Counted from the first letter of the stretch, positions 20,969-31,863 are shown. The stretch: 64,000 nucleotides of DNA from Bifidobacterium breve (GCA_945898065.1 CAMDHH010000001.1:9427-73426); one strand, 5' to 3'. Numbers and translations: made by a program. Notes: generated from the letters alone by a model not told the origin.

Positions 20969-21970
20969 ATGGAATATCGTCGCCTGGGTAGTACTGGAAT
21001 GTATGTCTCTGAAATTTCCTATGGCAACTGGATAACCCACGGTTCACAAGTTGAATCCGATGCTGCAATCAAGTGCGTAAAGACTGCCTACGATTTAGGA
21101 ATTACTACTTTTGATACAGCAGATGTTTATGCAGGAACAAAGGCCGAGACAGTACTTGGTAAAGCACTCAAAGGTATGCGCCGTGAATCCTATGAACTAT
21201 TTACGAAGGTGTACTGGCCAACTGGAACAGGCAAGAACGATCGCGGTCTCTCACGTAAACACATTATTGAATCGTGTAATGCATCGCTCAAGCGCTTACA
21301 AACCGATCACATTGACCTCTATCAAATGCACCGCTTCGATTATGAAACTCCAGTAGAAGAATCTCTCAGTGCATTCGATGATCTTATTCGCGCTGGAAAA
21401 GTTCACTACATCGGTTTTTCAGAATGGAATGCAGCACAAATTTCAAACGCACTCAAGATTCAAGATGAGCGCGGTTACAACCGCTTTGTTTCAAGCCAGC
21501 CACAATATTCTGCGCTATGGCGCGTTATTGAGACTGAGGTAGTCCCTCTTTCGATTGCAGAAGGTATCGGCCAAATTGTTTGGTCACCGATGGCTCAAGG
21601 AATATTGAGTGGAAAATATTTGCCGGGCAAGAAAGCACCAGCTGGATCACGTGCGACAGATAAGAAGAGTGGCAAGGGGATGATTTCTGGCTGGATGCGC
21701 GATGAAGTTCTCACCGCTGTTCAGAAGCTAAAGCCAATTGCTGAAGAGGCTGGACTTAGCATGTCTCAAATGGCAATCGCATGGGTTCTTCAAAATCCAA
21801 ATGTTTCCAGTGCCATCATGGGAGCGACTACTCCAAAGCAAGTAAAAGAGAATGTAAAGGCTTCTGGAATCAAGCTTTCAGCAGACACAATGAAAGCAAT
21901 TGATAAGGCACTTGGAAATCTTCCAGAGAAGGATCCAAAGAAGAACGAGAGCCCAAATCCTCGCGCTTAG
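20969..21970 (+). CDS. Aldo/keto reductase (Kv-beta/Tas-like)
   Basis: FDTADVY, TKVY, GLSRKHI, DLYQMHRFD, WSPMAQG; GGGAG RBS before ATG 20969. Confidence 0.93.
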   Translation: MEYRRLGSTGMYVSEISYGNWITHGSQVESDAAIKCVKTAYDLGITTFDTADVYAGTKAETVLGKALKGMRRESYELFTKVYWPTGTGKNDRGLSRKHIIESCNASLKRLQTDHIDLYQMHRFDYETPVEESLSAFDDLIRAGKVHYIGFSEWNAAQISNALKIQDERGYNRFVSSQPQYSALWRVIETEVVPLSIAEGIGQIVWSPMAQGILSGKYLPGKKAPAGSRATDKKSGKGMISGWMRDEVLTAVQKLKPIAEEAGLSMSQMAIAWVLQNPNVSSAIMGATTPKQVKENVKASGIKLSADTMKAIDKALGNLPEKDPKKNESPNPRA

Positions 21971-22510
21971 CTAGAAGTTCGTATCTCCAACTTTGTGCAT
22001 TGGCTTAGGTGCGCGTAAACGGCGCATCTGAGTCGATCGCAGCCATGCATACATTCCAAGTCCTTTTGAGTTTTCAGTTGGAAATTTTTCGGCTATCAGT
22101 TTTTTGATTTTGCGACCAAGAATGAAGCCATCAACTACAGCTACAAGAAGAACTGAATACATCAGTGCTACAGATCCAAGTTGGACTGCTGGAACTGGAA
22201 TGAGTGTGAGTACAAGTACGACGAAGATGATGGGCAAGAAATATTCACCGATTGATCTGCGTGAGTCAACATAGTTGCGTACAAATCGACGAGCAGGTCC
22301 ACGATCGCGAGCAGGAAGTGCGTTTTCATCTCCGCGCATATATGCAACGCGATTAGCCTGACGAGCAGCTAGCGCATTTGCTTTTGCTTTTTTCTTCTCT
22401 TCCTTGGTTTTCACTGGTGCGAGAGAGGAAACAATGCGCTTGGACTCAGCCTCTTTACGTTTTGGCGTAGGGCGACCTTTTTTTGCTGAACCGTTATCTG
22501 AACTTGTCAT
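21971..22510 (-). CDS. DUF3043 family membrane protein
   Basis: KGRPTPKRKEA, LPARDRGPARRFVRNYVDSR, QMRRLRAPKP. Confidence 0.92.
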   Translation of the reverse strand: MTSSDNGSAKKGRPTPKRKEAESKRIVSSLAPVKTKEEKKKAKANALAARQANRVAYMRGDENALPARDRGPARRFVRNYVDSRRSIGEYFLPIIFVVLVLTLIPVPAVQLGSVALMYSVLLVAVVDGFILGRKIKKLIAEKFPTENSKGLGMYAWLRSTQMRRLRAPKPMHKVGDTNF

Positions 22511-22518
22511 AGCGAGAA

Positions 22519-23658
22519 CTATAGAGCCAGCATTCTTTCTAGCGCGAGTTTGGAGAAGCGCGCAACCTCATCGGATACCTGAATATGGTTGACCACATGA
22601 TTGGCTACGAGTGATTCCATAGCCCAGACCAAGTGCGGCAGGTCGATTCGATTCATTGTTGAGCAGTAGCAGACTGCTTTATCTAGAAAATAGATCTCTT
22701 TATCAGGATTCGTTTTTGCAAGACGTGAGACGAGATTGAGCTCTGTTCCTATCGCCCATTTACTGCCAGCGGGGGAGTTACTCACTGTCTGAATGATTTT
22801 TTCCGTTGACCCAACAACATCAGCTGCAGATACAACATCATGTTGGCATTCAGGATGCACCAAAACTTGAACTCCTTGCACACGCTCGCGAATCTCGTTC
22901 ACTGATTGAAGAGTGAAACGACCATGCACCGAACAATGGCCTCGCCATAAAATAACTTTGGCTCGGTGAATCTCTTGTGGCGTGAGACCACCCATTGGCT
23001 TCCATGGATTCCACAGAACGCAATCATCTAGCGTGAAGCCAAGAGATAAGACAGCAGTATTTCTACCGAGATGCTGATCTGGTAAAAAGAGAATCTTCTC
23101 GCCCTGTTCTAGCGCCCAACGCATTGTCTTTTCTGCATTCGAAGAAGTACAAATTGTTCCGCCATGTTCGCCAGTAAAACTCTTGATTGCAGCAGATGAA
23201 TTCATATATGTAACTGGAATTGTTATGGAGGCAACTCCAACTTCCTCCAAAGATTTCCAGCATTCATTGACTTGATTTGCTGTTGCCATATCTGCCATTG
23301 AGCAACCAGCAGCTAAGTCAGGAAGAATTACTTTCTGTTGCTTTGATGTGAGAATGTCTGCGCTTTCAGCCATGAAATGAACGCCGCAAAAAATCACATA
23401 TTCAGCGCTACTTTGTGCAGCAGCGGCTTGCGCTAATTTGAAAGAGTCACCAGTGATATCTGCGAACTCGATAACCTCATCGCGTTGGTAGTGATGACCA
23501 AGGACAATCGCACGATCTCCTAAAGCGGCACGGGCAATTTTTGCTCGCTCTACAAGGTCAGGGTCACTCGCTTCTGGCAGAGCCCCAGTACACGAGACGC
23601 CCCGTTGACTTGCAAGGTCGCTTCCTTGTCCAAGGAGAAGTAAGTCACTCAATGCCAT
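22519..23658 (-). CDS. nadA: Quinolinate synthase
   Basis: HHYQR, FCGVHFMAESA, AGCSMADM, TYMNSSA, CTSSNA, HPEC, GTE. Confidence 0.97.
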   Translation of the reverse strand: MALSDLLLLGQGSDLASQRGVSCTGALPEASDPDLVERAKIARAALGDRAIVLGHHYQRDEVIEFADITGDSFKLAQAAAAQSSAEYVIFCGVHFMAESADILTSKQQKVILPDLAAGCSMADMATANQVNECWKSLEEVGVASITIPVTYMNSSAAIKSFTGEHGGTICTSSNAEKTMRWALEQGEKILFLPDQHLGRNTAVLSLGFTLDDCVLWNPWKPMGGLTPQEIHRAKVILWRGHCSVHGRFTLQSVNEIRERVQGVQVLVHPECQHDVVSAADVVGSTEKIIQTVSNSPAGSKWAIGTELNLVSRLAKTNPDKEIYFLDKAVCYCSTMNRIDLPHLVWAMESLVANHVVNHIQVSDEVARFSKLALERMLAL

Positions 23659-23742
23659 GTCTCTATTCTCTCTCAAATTTAGTGTTTGTGTCGCCTCGAT
23701 AAGGGGATGGCGGTAGAGTTATGCCTTGAAACGGGGAGAAAA

Positions 23743-24102
23743 ATGACAACAGAGACAACAAGCACCACAAGCACAACAACAGGAATTGCACTCACAGATG
23801 TGGCCGCTGCAAAGGTAGCCGCTCTTCTTGCTCAAGAGGGTCGCGATGATCTCAATCTTCGTGTTGCAGTTCAGCCTGGTGGTTGCTCTGGTCTTAAGTA
23901 CCAACTCTATTTTGATGATCGCAATATGGATGGCGATGTGATTCGTGAATTTGGTGCAGTCAAAGTCATTACTGACAAGATGAGTGATCCATATCTATCT
24001 GGCGCCACTATCGATTTCGTTGACACAATTGAGAAGCAAGGTTTCACAATTGATAATCCCAATGCACAAGGTTCTTGTGCTTGCGGCGATTCATTCAACT
24101 AA
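23743..24102 (+). CDS. A-type Fe-S carrier (HesB/IscA/ErpA family)
   Basis: PGGCSGLKY and NPNAQGSCACGDSF; GGGGAG RBS before ATG 23743. Confidence 0.95.
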   Translation: MTTETTSTTSTTTGIALTDVAAAKVAALLAQEGRDDLNLRVAVQPGGCSGLKYQLYFDDRNMDGDVIREFGAVKVITDKMSDPYLSGATIDFVDTIEKQGFTIDNPNAQGSCACGDSFN

Positions 24103-24133
24103 CTTTTACTTCGTTACACCCTAGTATCGCCTC

Positions 24134-25117
24134 ATGAAAATAGGCGTTGCAGGTTCGGTCGGTATTGACCATCTCATGACTTTCTCGGGAAAATTTACTG
24201 ATTCCCTTGTAGAAGGCTCCCTTGAGAAAGTTTCGCTTTCATTCCTTGTCGATAGTTTAGATATTCGCCGTGGTGGTTGCGCCGCAAATATTGTTTATGG
24301 AATGGGTGTACTTGGACTCAACCCTGTTCTGATCGCATCAGTTGGAGTTGACTGGGCAGATTACGATGCGTGGCTAGTACGCCATGGTGTTGATACAGCG
24401 CATGTATGGAAATCTAAAGAGCTCTACACATCTCGCTTTATGGTAACGACAGATACGCAACTCAATCAGATCGCCTCTTTTTTTCCTGGAGCAATGAGTG
24501 AGGCTCGCAATATTGAATTAGCCCCGATTATGGAAAAAACTGGGCGATTCGACATGGTCGTTATTTCACCTGATGACCCGGAGGCGATGCTTCGCCACTC
24601 CGAAGTGTGTCGCAGTGAAGCAATTCCTTTTGCTGCCGACCCATCACAACAGATGGCGCGAATGAATGGTGATGAGATTAAGTTACTCATCGATGGCGCA
24701 ACATATCTATTTCTCAATGAGTATGAACTTGCATTAGCGATGCAAAAAACTGGCTGGAGTGATGCGCAAATTTTGTCCCGTGTGAAATATCGGGTTGTCA
24801 CTCATGGTTCTAAAGGTGCTGTGGTCGAAGGTTCTGGCATCTCTGCGATTGAAGTTGGCGTTCCACAAGAGAGAGCAAAGATTGATCCAACTGGAGTTGG
24901 CGATTCATTTAGATCAGGCTTTATTGCAGGTCTTGCATGGGGCCTGAATCACGAACGGTGTGCTCAATTAGGTTCAATGATCGCAACCTATGTAATTGAA
25001 ACTCTTGGAACTCAAGAATATCGCTTCACTAATGAAGAATTTGTTGCCCGATTCAAAGAGGCTTACGGAGAGAGTGCTGCCGCAGAGATTGCGTCCCATA
25101 TCGGCGGGGCAAAGTAA
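24134..25117 (+). CDS. PfkB family carbohydrate kinase (actinobacterial adenosine kinase type)
   Basis: GGCAANI, ADPSQQ, NEYE, DPTGVGDSFR; syntenic with mycobacterial adoK. Confidence 0.88.
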   Translation: MKIGVAGSVGIDHLMTFSGKFTDSLVEGSLEKVSLSFLVDSLDIRRGGCAANIVYGMGVLGLNPVLIASVGVDWADYDAWLVRHGVDTAHVWKSKELYTSRFMVTTDTQLNQIASFFPGAMSEARNIELAPIMEKTGRFDMVVISPDDPEAMLRHSEVCRSEAIPFAADPSQQMARMNGDEIKLLIDGATYLFLNEYELALAMQKTGWSDAQILSRVKYRVVTHGSKGAVVEGSGISAIEVGVPQERAKIDPTGVGDSFRSGFIAGLAWGLNHERCAQLGSMIATYVIETLGTQEYRFTNEEFVARFKEAYGESAAAEIASHIGGAK

Positions 25118-25324
25118 TTATTTTTTAGTTACTAGGAAAGTTGCTTCGCTTGTTTGTTTTGCAGAATTATTAGTCATACGTGCCCAGGCGAGCAGATCAG
25201 GCAGGGTTGCAGGGTCATCACTGAGCAAGGTAATGGATTCTCCTTGCGCAATCGCAGCGATCGCTGCCGCACAATCAAGAATTGGTGCAGGACATCGCTT
25301 TCCGCGACTATCTACCTCTCTCAA
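25118..25324 (-). CDS. TusA family sulfur carrier
   Basis: VDSRGKRCPAPIL and SDDPA...DLLAWA; ATGA overlap with the upstream gene. Confidence 0.88.
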   Translation of the reverse strand: MREVDSRGKRCPAPILDCAAAIAAIAQGESITLLSDDPATLPDLLAWARMTNNSAKQTSEATFLVTKK

Positions 25325-26394
25325 TTTTTGGCTCGCATCTGCGCTACGGATTCGATAATGGCATTTGCGAGGGAATCAATTTCTTGTGCGGTAGTGCCCC
25401 GATGAATGGTGAGTCGAATGTTTCCGTGGGTAAGTAAGCCCATTGCTGCCAATACATGGCTCGGGGCTAAATCATCTGAAGTACATGCCGACCCAGAATC
25501 TAAATCAAAGCCTCTAATGGAGAGTTCGCGCAATAGTTCTTCTCCGTGGCAATACAGAAATGAGAATGAAGAAATATGAGAAAGTGATGAATCTAGATCT
25601 CCAGCGATATCACAGTTAGTAATTGAATTTTTGATGCGTAAACGCAATTGAGTATTCAAATCACGCAATCGAAGATCTTCGCTCAGATCAGATTTCCATG
25701 CCTCAAGTGCGACAACGGAGGAGAGAAGCAAAGGTAGTGAATAGCTCTGCGGTACTCGCGATATTCCGATATGCGGAAGAGGGTTTTTCCATTCTTTTGA
25801 ATTGCGAATAGCCAACACTGCAATACCGGCTGGGCCAGACCATGATGTGGAATCGAAGAGCGCACTATCCCATCGTGCGGGCATCAGTGATACATCTGGC
25901 GTTGTAGTTGCATCACAGGCAATTCGCGCACTGGGAAAAAGTTTGGAGATTTTCTCAACCTGAGAAACTATTCCTGTCTCACCATTAGCAATTTGAAGAG
26001 ATAAAACTCCCTCGCCGTCATAGGGCGAGCACTCAATATTTCCATCAATATCGACCGGCAGTTCTACTGGTTGAAAAGCACGAGCCGTTGCTATTACTTC
26101 ACTCCTCGATGTTGCAGAGAAGAAAATCTTTGTCTCAGATGATGTGGCCAATCCGGCAATGGATAGGAAATGGCCCATAAGGGGTTCGCCCAGTATCTCT
26201 ATCTCATCAGCGCGCAGAGATAGTTGAAATGCAATTGATTCAAGGGCCTCTTGACGCAGGTGATGCGCTTTTGATGAAGAGGCGCAAAGTTTGCGTGGAT
26301 CTGCCCATCCAGCATCAAAGGCAGCCAGAAGTGCTCCCTGCGCTTTTGGATGCAAGGGGCTCTCTTTTTGGAAATTTCCTGTGACACGAACCAC
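25321..26394 (-). CDS. Cysteine desulfurase-like protein (aminotransferase class V), PLP-binding residues degenerate
   Basis: SGSACTS...PSHVLAAMG...GNIRLT C-terminal domain intact; SAHK motif reads DSTS. Confidence 0.82.
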   Translation of the reverse strand: MVRVTGNFQKESPLHPKAQGALLAAFDAGWADPRKLCASSSKAHHLRQEALESIAFQLSLRADEIEILGEPLMGHFLSIAGLATSSETKIFFSATSRSEVIATARAFQPVELPVDIDGNIECSPYDGEGVLSLQIANGETGIVSQVEKISKLFPSARIACDATTTPDVSLMPARWDSALFDSTSWSGPAGIAVLAIRNSKEWKNPLPHIGISRVPQSYSLPLLLSSVVALEAWKSDLSEDLRLRDLNTQLRLRIKNSITNCDIAGDLDSSLSHISSFSFLYCHGEELLRELSIRGFDLDSGSACTSDDLAPSHVLAAMGLLTHGNIRLTIHRGTTAQEIDSLANAIIESVAQMRAKN

Positions 26395-26452
26395 CTGCGC
26401 GAGATTACTATTGATTAGGCGGTAAGCGTAAATACGCCACTATTCTTAGCCT

Positions 26453-27217
26453 ATGTCCAAAGAGCACCCACAGGCGAAAACTCGCTTTCGTAGGTTTCTT
26501 CTTCTGGCGCCTGCACTTATCGCTCTGACAGGTTGTTCAAAAGTTTCAGGTCTAGGTTTTGAAGAGAATGTATCGAGTGTCAACGACATCTCACTTTCTC
26601 TATGGCAGGGCGCATGGATTGCGGCCGGTGTCGTAGGAATTATTACTTTGGCCTTAATCCTCTGGCCAGCTATTTTTCATCGCAAAAAAGTTGGCGCACC
26701 AGAGTTTCCGAAACAAACTCAATACAACGTTCCAGTTGAAATTGCATACACAATTATTCCCTTCATTATTGTTGCGGTTCTCTTTTATTTCACCGCAGTG
26801 AAGCAGAACGAGATAACAGCGAAATCTCCATCAACTGTTGCTCACGAAATAGGTGTCGAAGGAATTCAATGGTCGTGGCAATTTTCATACCCTGAGGCTG
26901 GCCCTAAAGCGAAGGTAACTGGAACTCCTGCTCAGCCACCAACACTTGTGGTCCCTCTCGGAGAGCGCGTTCGTTACACAATTACTGCCAATGATGTTGT
27001 GCACGGATTTTGGATCCCTGCCTTTATGATCCAAATACAAAATCTTCCAGGGGTTACAAATTACATAGAATTCACTGCGAATAAACTTGGGAGCTTCCCT
27101 GGTCGATGCAACATTCTTTGCGGGAGAAACCACACACAGATGATTTTTACAATCAAAGTAGTAACCCCATCGGAGTATCAGAGTTATCTTGAAACATTGA
27201 AGGCGGCGACACTATGA
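26453..27217 (+). CDS. ctaC: Cytochrome aa3 oxidase subunit II
   Basis: Lipobox [19 protein letters not shown], CuA motif [12 protein letters not shown]. Confidence 0.95.
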   Translation: MSKEHPQAKTRFRRFLLLAPALIALTGCSKVSGLGFEENVSSVNDISLSLWQGAWIAAGVVGIITLALILWPAIFHRKKVGAPEFPKQTQYNVPVEIAYTIIPFIIVAVLFYFTAVKQNEITAKSPSTVAHEIGVEGIQWSWQFSYPEAGPKAKVTGTPAQPPTLVVPLGERVRYTITANDVVHGFWIPAFMIQIQNLPGVTNYIEFTANKLGSFPGRCNILCGRNHTQMIFTIKVVTPSEYQSYLETLKAATL

Positions 27218-28866
27218 CAACGTATGCACAACGCCCAACAGTTGCCGCAGGTGGATTGGTCCCTACGCGAAAGGGAAGTAACTTTGTAAAGTTCGTCACC
27301 AGCACTGACCACAAAACAATTGGCTATCTGTATCTGATTACCTCATTTGCATGGTTCCTCATCGGTGGAATCCTTGCTTTGGTACTTCGCTCAGAATTAG
27401 CGCGCCCAGGTATGCAGTTCTTGAGTAATGAGCAGTACAACCAAATTTTCACAATGCACGGAACGATCATGCTTTTGATGTTTGCGACTCCACTCTTTGT
27501 TGGATTTGCCAATGTGATCATGCCATTGCAAATTGGCGCAGCAGATGTAGCTTTCCCTCGATTGAACATGCTTTCGTACTGGCTCTATCTCTTCGGTGGC
27601 CTTATGGCATTTGCTGGTTTCCTCAGCCCCGGGGGAGCGGCATCATTTGGCTGGACTGCTTATGCTCCACTGTCTAACTCAACATATTCACCAGGCATCG
27701 GTGGAGATCTTTGGGTTATGGGTCTAGCAATCGGTGGAATCGGAACAATTCTTGGTGGCGTAAATTTCATTACAACTATTTTCACAATGCGTGCACCCGG
27801 CATGACAATGTTTAGAATGTCGATTTTTTCTTGGAATGTTCTGCTTACATCAATCTTGGTTCTTCTTGCATTTCCTCCACTCGCTGTTGCACTTCTTGGT
27901 TTGGAATCAGACAGACTCTTTGGTTCACATCTATTCGATCCAGCTAATGGTGGCGCGATGCTCTGGCAACACCTATTTTGGTTCTTTGGACACCCAGAGG
28001 TTTATATTTTGGCTCTGCCATTCTTTGGAATAGCCACAGAAATTCTTCCTGTCTTTAGTCGCAAACCAATCTTTGGATATAAAGGTTTGATCGCTGCGAC
28101 AATTGCAATTGCAGCACTTTCAGTCTCGGTCTGGGCCCACCACATGTTTGCAAGCGGACAGGTATTACTTCCCTTCTTCTCCTTTATGACTTTCCTCATT
28201 GGTATTCCAACAGGTGTGAAATTCTTCAACTGGATCGGCACAATGTGGCGTGGTCATGTCTCCTTTGAAACACCTATGTTGTGGGTAATGGGTTTCTTGG
28301 TGACATTTCTATTCGGTGGGCTAACAGGAATCATTCTTGCTTCACCACCACTTGATTTTGCAGTCTCGGCCTCTTATTTCGTTGTCGCGCACTTCCACTA
28401 TGTGCTCTTTGGAACAGTTGTCTTTGCGATGTTTGCAGGTTTCTATTTCTGGTGGCCAAAGATGACAGGACGCATGCTCAATGAACGTCTTGGAAAGATC
28501 CACTTCTGGACAACATTCTTCGGCTTCCACCTCACATTTCTTATTCAGCACTGGTTGGGTATTAAAGGATTCCCACGTCGTTACGCCGACTATCTTCCAA
28601 CTGATGGCTTTACATTTATGAATACTGTTTCAACAGTTGGTTCCTTCTTGCTAGCATTTTCGATGATCCCATTTATGATAAATATTTGGATCACACGTAA
28701 CTCACCTCCTGTCGACTGTGATGATCCTTGGGGCTACGGGTCATCATTAGAGTGGGCTACATCGTGTCCACCACCGCGACATAACTTCTTATCAATGCCA
28801 CGCATCAGCAGCGAGCGTCCAGCATTTGATTTACACCACCCACATATAAAAACTGAGGGGCACTAA
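27214..28866 (+). CDS. ctaD: Cytochrome aa3 oxidase subunit I
   Basis: [31 protein letters not shown]. Confidence 0.98.
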   Translation: MTTYAQRPTVAAGGLVPTRKGSNFVKFVTSTDHKTIGYLYLITSFAWFLIGGILALVLRSELARPGMQFLSNEQYNQIFTMHGTIMLLMFATPLFVGFANVIMPLQIGAADVAFPRLNMLSYWLYLFGGLMAFAGFLSPGGAASFGWTAYAPLSNSTYSPGIGGDLWVMGLAIGGIGTILGGVNFITTIFTMRAPGMTMFRMSIFSWNVLLTSILVLLAFPPLAVALLGLESDRLFGSHLFDPANGGAMLWQHLFWFFGHPEVYILALPFFGIATEILPVFSRKPIFGYKGLIAATIAIAALSVSVWAHHMFASGQVLLPFFSFMTFLIGIPTGVKFFNWIGTMWRGHVSFETPMLWVMGFLVTFLFGGLTGIILASPPLDFAVSASYFVVAHFHYVLFGTVVFAMFAGFYFWWPKMTGRMLNERLGKIHFWTTFFGFHLTFLIQHWLGIKGFPRRYADYLPTDGFTFMNTVSTVGSFLLAFSMIPFMINIWITRNSPPVDCDDPWGYGSSLEWATSCPPPRHNFLSMPRISSERPAFDLHHPHIKTEGH

Positions 28867-28869
28867 CTC

Positions 28870-29274
28870 GTGGTTACTAACTGGCGTATGTTTGGTGGCT
28901 TATCGGTTTTTTACGTCATCATTACAATCATTTATTGGCAAGTTGATGGCGAACCGCTTGGAATTACCGGAATGCTTCTCTCATCTTTCTTAGCTGGCAT
29001 GGTTGGCTTTTATTTGTGGTTCACACAGCGTCGAATCGGCACAATACTTCCAGAGGATGACGTAACTGCCGAAATTTCAGATGGTGCTGGTGAACTTGGT
29101 TTTTATAGCCCACACTCATGGTGGCCACTTCCTGTTGCACTAAGTATGTGTGTCGCAGGAATGGGTTTACTCATTGGTTGGTGGCTCACTCTTATAGGTT
29201 TCTCAGTGCTCATCGTTAGCATCATCGGCATGGTTACGGAATACGAAAAGCCAACCTCAGCCGCACTTCACTAG
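28870..29274 (+). CDS. ctaF: Cytochrome c oxidase subunit 4 (actinobacterial)
   Basis: PEDD..AEISDGAGELGFYSPHSWWP; follows ctaD. Confidence 0.93.
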   Translation: MVTNWRMFGGLSVFYVIITIIYWQVDGEPLGITGMLLSSFLAGMVGFYLWFTQRRIGTILPEDDVTAEISDGAGELGFYSPHSWWPLPVALSMCVAGMGLLIGWWLTLIGFSVLIVSIIGMVTEYEKPTSAALH

Positions 29275-29280
29275 AACTCC

Positions 29281-30867
29281 TTAGTGGTGCTCAATCTCTT
29301 TGAGATCTTGAGCGCTTACCTTAGGTACAGCCACTGCATGTGCACGACTCATACGATTACGTAATTTATTCTTGATGGCACCTGGGCGTCTTACACCGCG
29401 CGCATCAGTATCTTCGAGTTCTAGCGGTACTGGCTGTTCGTGTTGAGTGAGTGTCCATGCCTTTTCAGCAGAAATTGGTTCGTGAATTTCAACAAATTCA
29501 CCACTTGGCATGCGCATTAGAGTTCCGGTTTCGCGACCATGAAGAACTAAGTCACGGTCTGCACGTTGCAACGAGAGACAGAGTCGCTTGGTTACAACAA
29601 AGGCGATCGGAGGCAAGACCAAAATACCAATTCTGCTAAACCACATCATTTGATTGATGGTTAGGTTGAATGTCGTTGCAATAATGTCGTTACCGCCATT
29701 GAGCAGAGCAACAATTGTAAATGTCAGAGCCATTGCACCCAATGCGGTGCGGTTTGGAACGTTGCGAGGACGATCCAAAATGTGATGCTCGCGCTTATCT
29801 CCTGATATCCATGATTCGATAAATGGATAGAGGGCAAGACCAGTAAACATAATTCCTGGAATTATTAATCCGGGAATAAGAATGTTCCATGAAATCGTGT
29901 GGCCGAATGCATGCGTTTCTATCGGGGGAGCCATGCGCACTAAACCATCGAGCCAACCCATGTACCAGTCCGGTTGTGAACCGGCAGAGACTTGTCCAGG
30001 TGTGTAAGGACCGTAGAGCCAAACGGGATTGATAGATGCAACAGCGGATAAGAATGCAGTTACACCAAAGACGATGAAGAAGAATCCGCCAGCCTTAGCC
30101 ATGTACACAGGAAAGAGTGGGTAGCCAACAACATTTTTCTCTGTTCGACCAGGGCCTGGATATTGTGTGTGCTTCTGGTACCAGACCAACATGAGGTGCA
30201 CTGTTATTAGTGCCAAGAAAATTCCTGGCAATAATAAAACGTGAACTGTATAGATACGTGGAATAAATGCTTCACCAGGAAATTCGCCACCAAAGGCGAA
30301 AAATGAAAGATAGGAACCGACAACAGGCAACGCCTGAATAATCGCTTGGGCGATACGTACTCCTGTGCCAGATAGAAGATCATCAGGTAGCGAGTAACCA
30401 AGAAAGCCCTCAACGATTCCCAATGTGAGAAGACCTACACCGATAATCCAGTTGAATTCGCGAGGCTTGCGAAAAGCGCCAGTGAAGTAAACACGGAGTA
30501 AGTGAACAACGATTGCAACCATAAATAGAAGTGCAGCCCAGTGGTGAATCTGGCGCATCAAAAGCCCACCGCGAACTTCAAATGAAATATGAAGAGTTGA
30601 TGCATATGCAGCAGACATCTCTATTCCATTAAGTGGTTCGTAGCTTCCTTCGTATACAACTTCACGCTGGGAGGGATCAAACCAAAATGTAAGAAAAGTT
30701 CCTGAGAGCAACAAGATAATAAAAGAATAAAGTGCGATCTCGCCAAGTAGGAATGACCAGTGATCTGGGAAGACTTTGTTGAGATTCTTCTTCATCCATT
30801 TAGCAGCACCAGTGCGCTCGTCTACGTAATTGGCGACTGTGCCTGCTACTCGCTCGCGTGCGGTCAT
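29281..30867 (-). CDS. qcrB: Cytochrome bcc complex cytochrome b
   Basis: FPDHWSFLLGEI, RQIHHWAA, GYSLPDDLLSG, QPDWY. Confidence 0.97.
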   Translation of the reverse strand: MTARERVAGTVANYVDERTGAAKWMKKNLNKVFPDHWSFLLGEIALYSFIILLLSGTFLTFWFDPSQREVVYEGSYEPLNGIEMSAAYASTLHISFEVRGGLLMRQIHHWAALLFMVAIVVHLLRVYFTGAFRKPREFNWIIGVGLLTLGIVEGFLGYSLPDDLLSGTGVRIAQAIIQALPVVGSYLSFFAFGGEFPGEAFIPRIYTVHVLLLPGIFLALITVHLMLVWYQKHTQYPGPGRTEKNVVGYPLFPVYMAKAGGFFFIVFGVTAFLSAVASINPVWLYGPYTPGQVSAGSQPDWYMGWLDGLVRMAPPIETHAFGHTISWNILIPGLIIPGIMFTGLALYPFIESWISGDKREHHILDRPRNVPNRTALGAMALTFTIVALLNGGNDIIATTFNLTINQMMWFSRIGILVLPPIAFVVTKRLCLSLQRADRDLVLHGRETGTLMRMPSGEFVEIHEPISAEKAWTLTQHEQPVPLELEDTDARGVRRPGAIKNKLRNRMSRAHAVAVPKVSAQDLKEIEHH

Positions 30868-31859
30868 TGTGAGTTTCTCTCCCAGTAACTAGGTCCGACA
30901 GGTTCGTTGAAAGGACTTTGAGCAACGAGGTAACCCTCGTCATCAACTGTTATTGCTAATTGTGGCAGAGGTCGGGCAGATGGGCCAAAGATAACTTTTG
31001 CTGCCCGAGTAACGTCAAATGTTGATTGATGACATGGGCATAGGAGGTGCTTTGTCGTTTGCTCGTAGAGTGCAACGGCGCAGCCCATGTGTGAACATAT
31101 CTTCGAGAAGGCGATGATGCCTTGGTAAGTCATTTCTAGGCGCTCTGGATCTAGTTGGAATTCTTCTTGGCGCAGACGAATAAGGAGAACGGCATCTTTT
31201 CCAATGTCGCTGAGTGCTCGGTGGCCACCTTCTTTTATTGCAGGCAAAACTTGTGCGACCGCCCCAACTTCTAAATCAGATGGCTTGATTGGACGATCTC
31301 CTGGATCAGTTACCAAACGCGTCCCCGTTTTCCAACTTGTGGTCTCTAATTTCTTTCCAGGAAGAGGGCCAAGGTCGCGCAGAAGTAGCAACGGTGATAA
31401 TCCAACTAAACCAAGTGATAAACCTAGTGAACGCTTGATGAGTGATCGACGACCAAGGGCAGCAGCAGCGGCACCTTGTTTCGCGGTCTTTATAAGTTCA
31501 CGACGATCTTCATCCTCTGATCGCATTTCATGTCGCATAGCAATTACTTCTTCGTCGGGCATCAGAGTCTTCGCCCAGTGAATCGCGCCAGCACCGATAA
31601 AGAAGAGTGCAAAGGCCAGGCCTAATCCTAAGAAAAGTTGCTTTGCATTTGTTGTGCCGAGGATTGGAAAAAAGATGAATAGATCTTCTGAGAGAAATGT
31701 GTATGAATAAATAAAGAGAAGAGTTCCAACGGAGGAAAGAGCAAAGAGAATGGCTACTTGTCGCTCGGCTTTTTGTTCAGCTTTTGGATCTAAATCTGCC
31801 TGACGATGAATGTGGGCCGGTACTCCAGGATCTTTGATTATCTCTAGTTCACTAGACAT
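30864..31859 (-). CDS. qcrA: Rieske Fe-S subunit
   Basis: CSHMGC and CPCHQS; three TM helices. Confidence 0.96.
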   Translation of the reverse strand: MSSELEIIKDPGVPAHIHRQADLDPKAEQKAERQVAILFALSSVGTLLFIYSYTFLSEDLFIFFPILGTTNAKQLFLGLGLAFALFFIGAGAIHWAKTLMPDEEVIAMRHEMRSEDEDRRELIKTAKQGAAAAALGRRSLIKRSLGLSLGLVGLSPLLLLRDLGPLPGKKLETTSWKTGTRLVTDPGDRPIKPSDLEVGAVAQVLPAIKEGGHRALSDIGKDAVLLIRLRQEEFQLDPERLEMTYQGIIAFSKICSHMGCAVALYEQTTKHLLCPCHQSTFDVTRAAKVIFGPSARPLPQLAITVDDEGYLVAQSPFNEPVGPSYWERNSQ

Positions 31860-31863
31860 GTAA

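Noticed and set aside
29960-29985. QPDWY instead of PEWY in cytochrome b
   Set aside because: Normal for actinobacterial QcrB.
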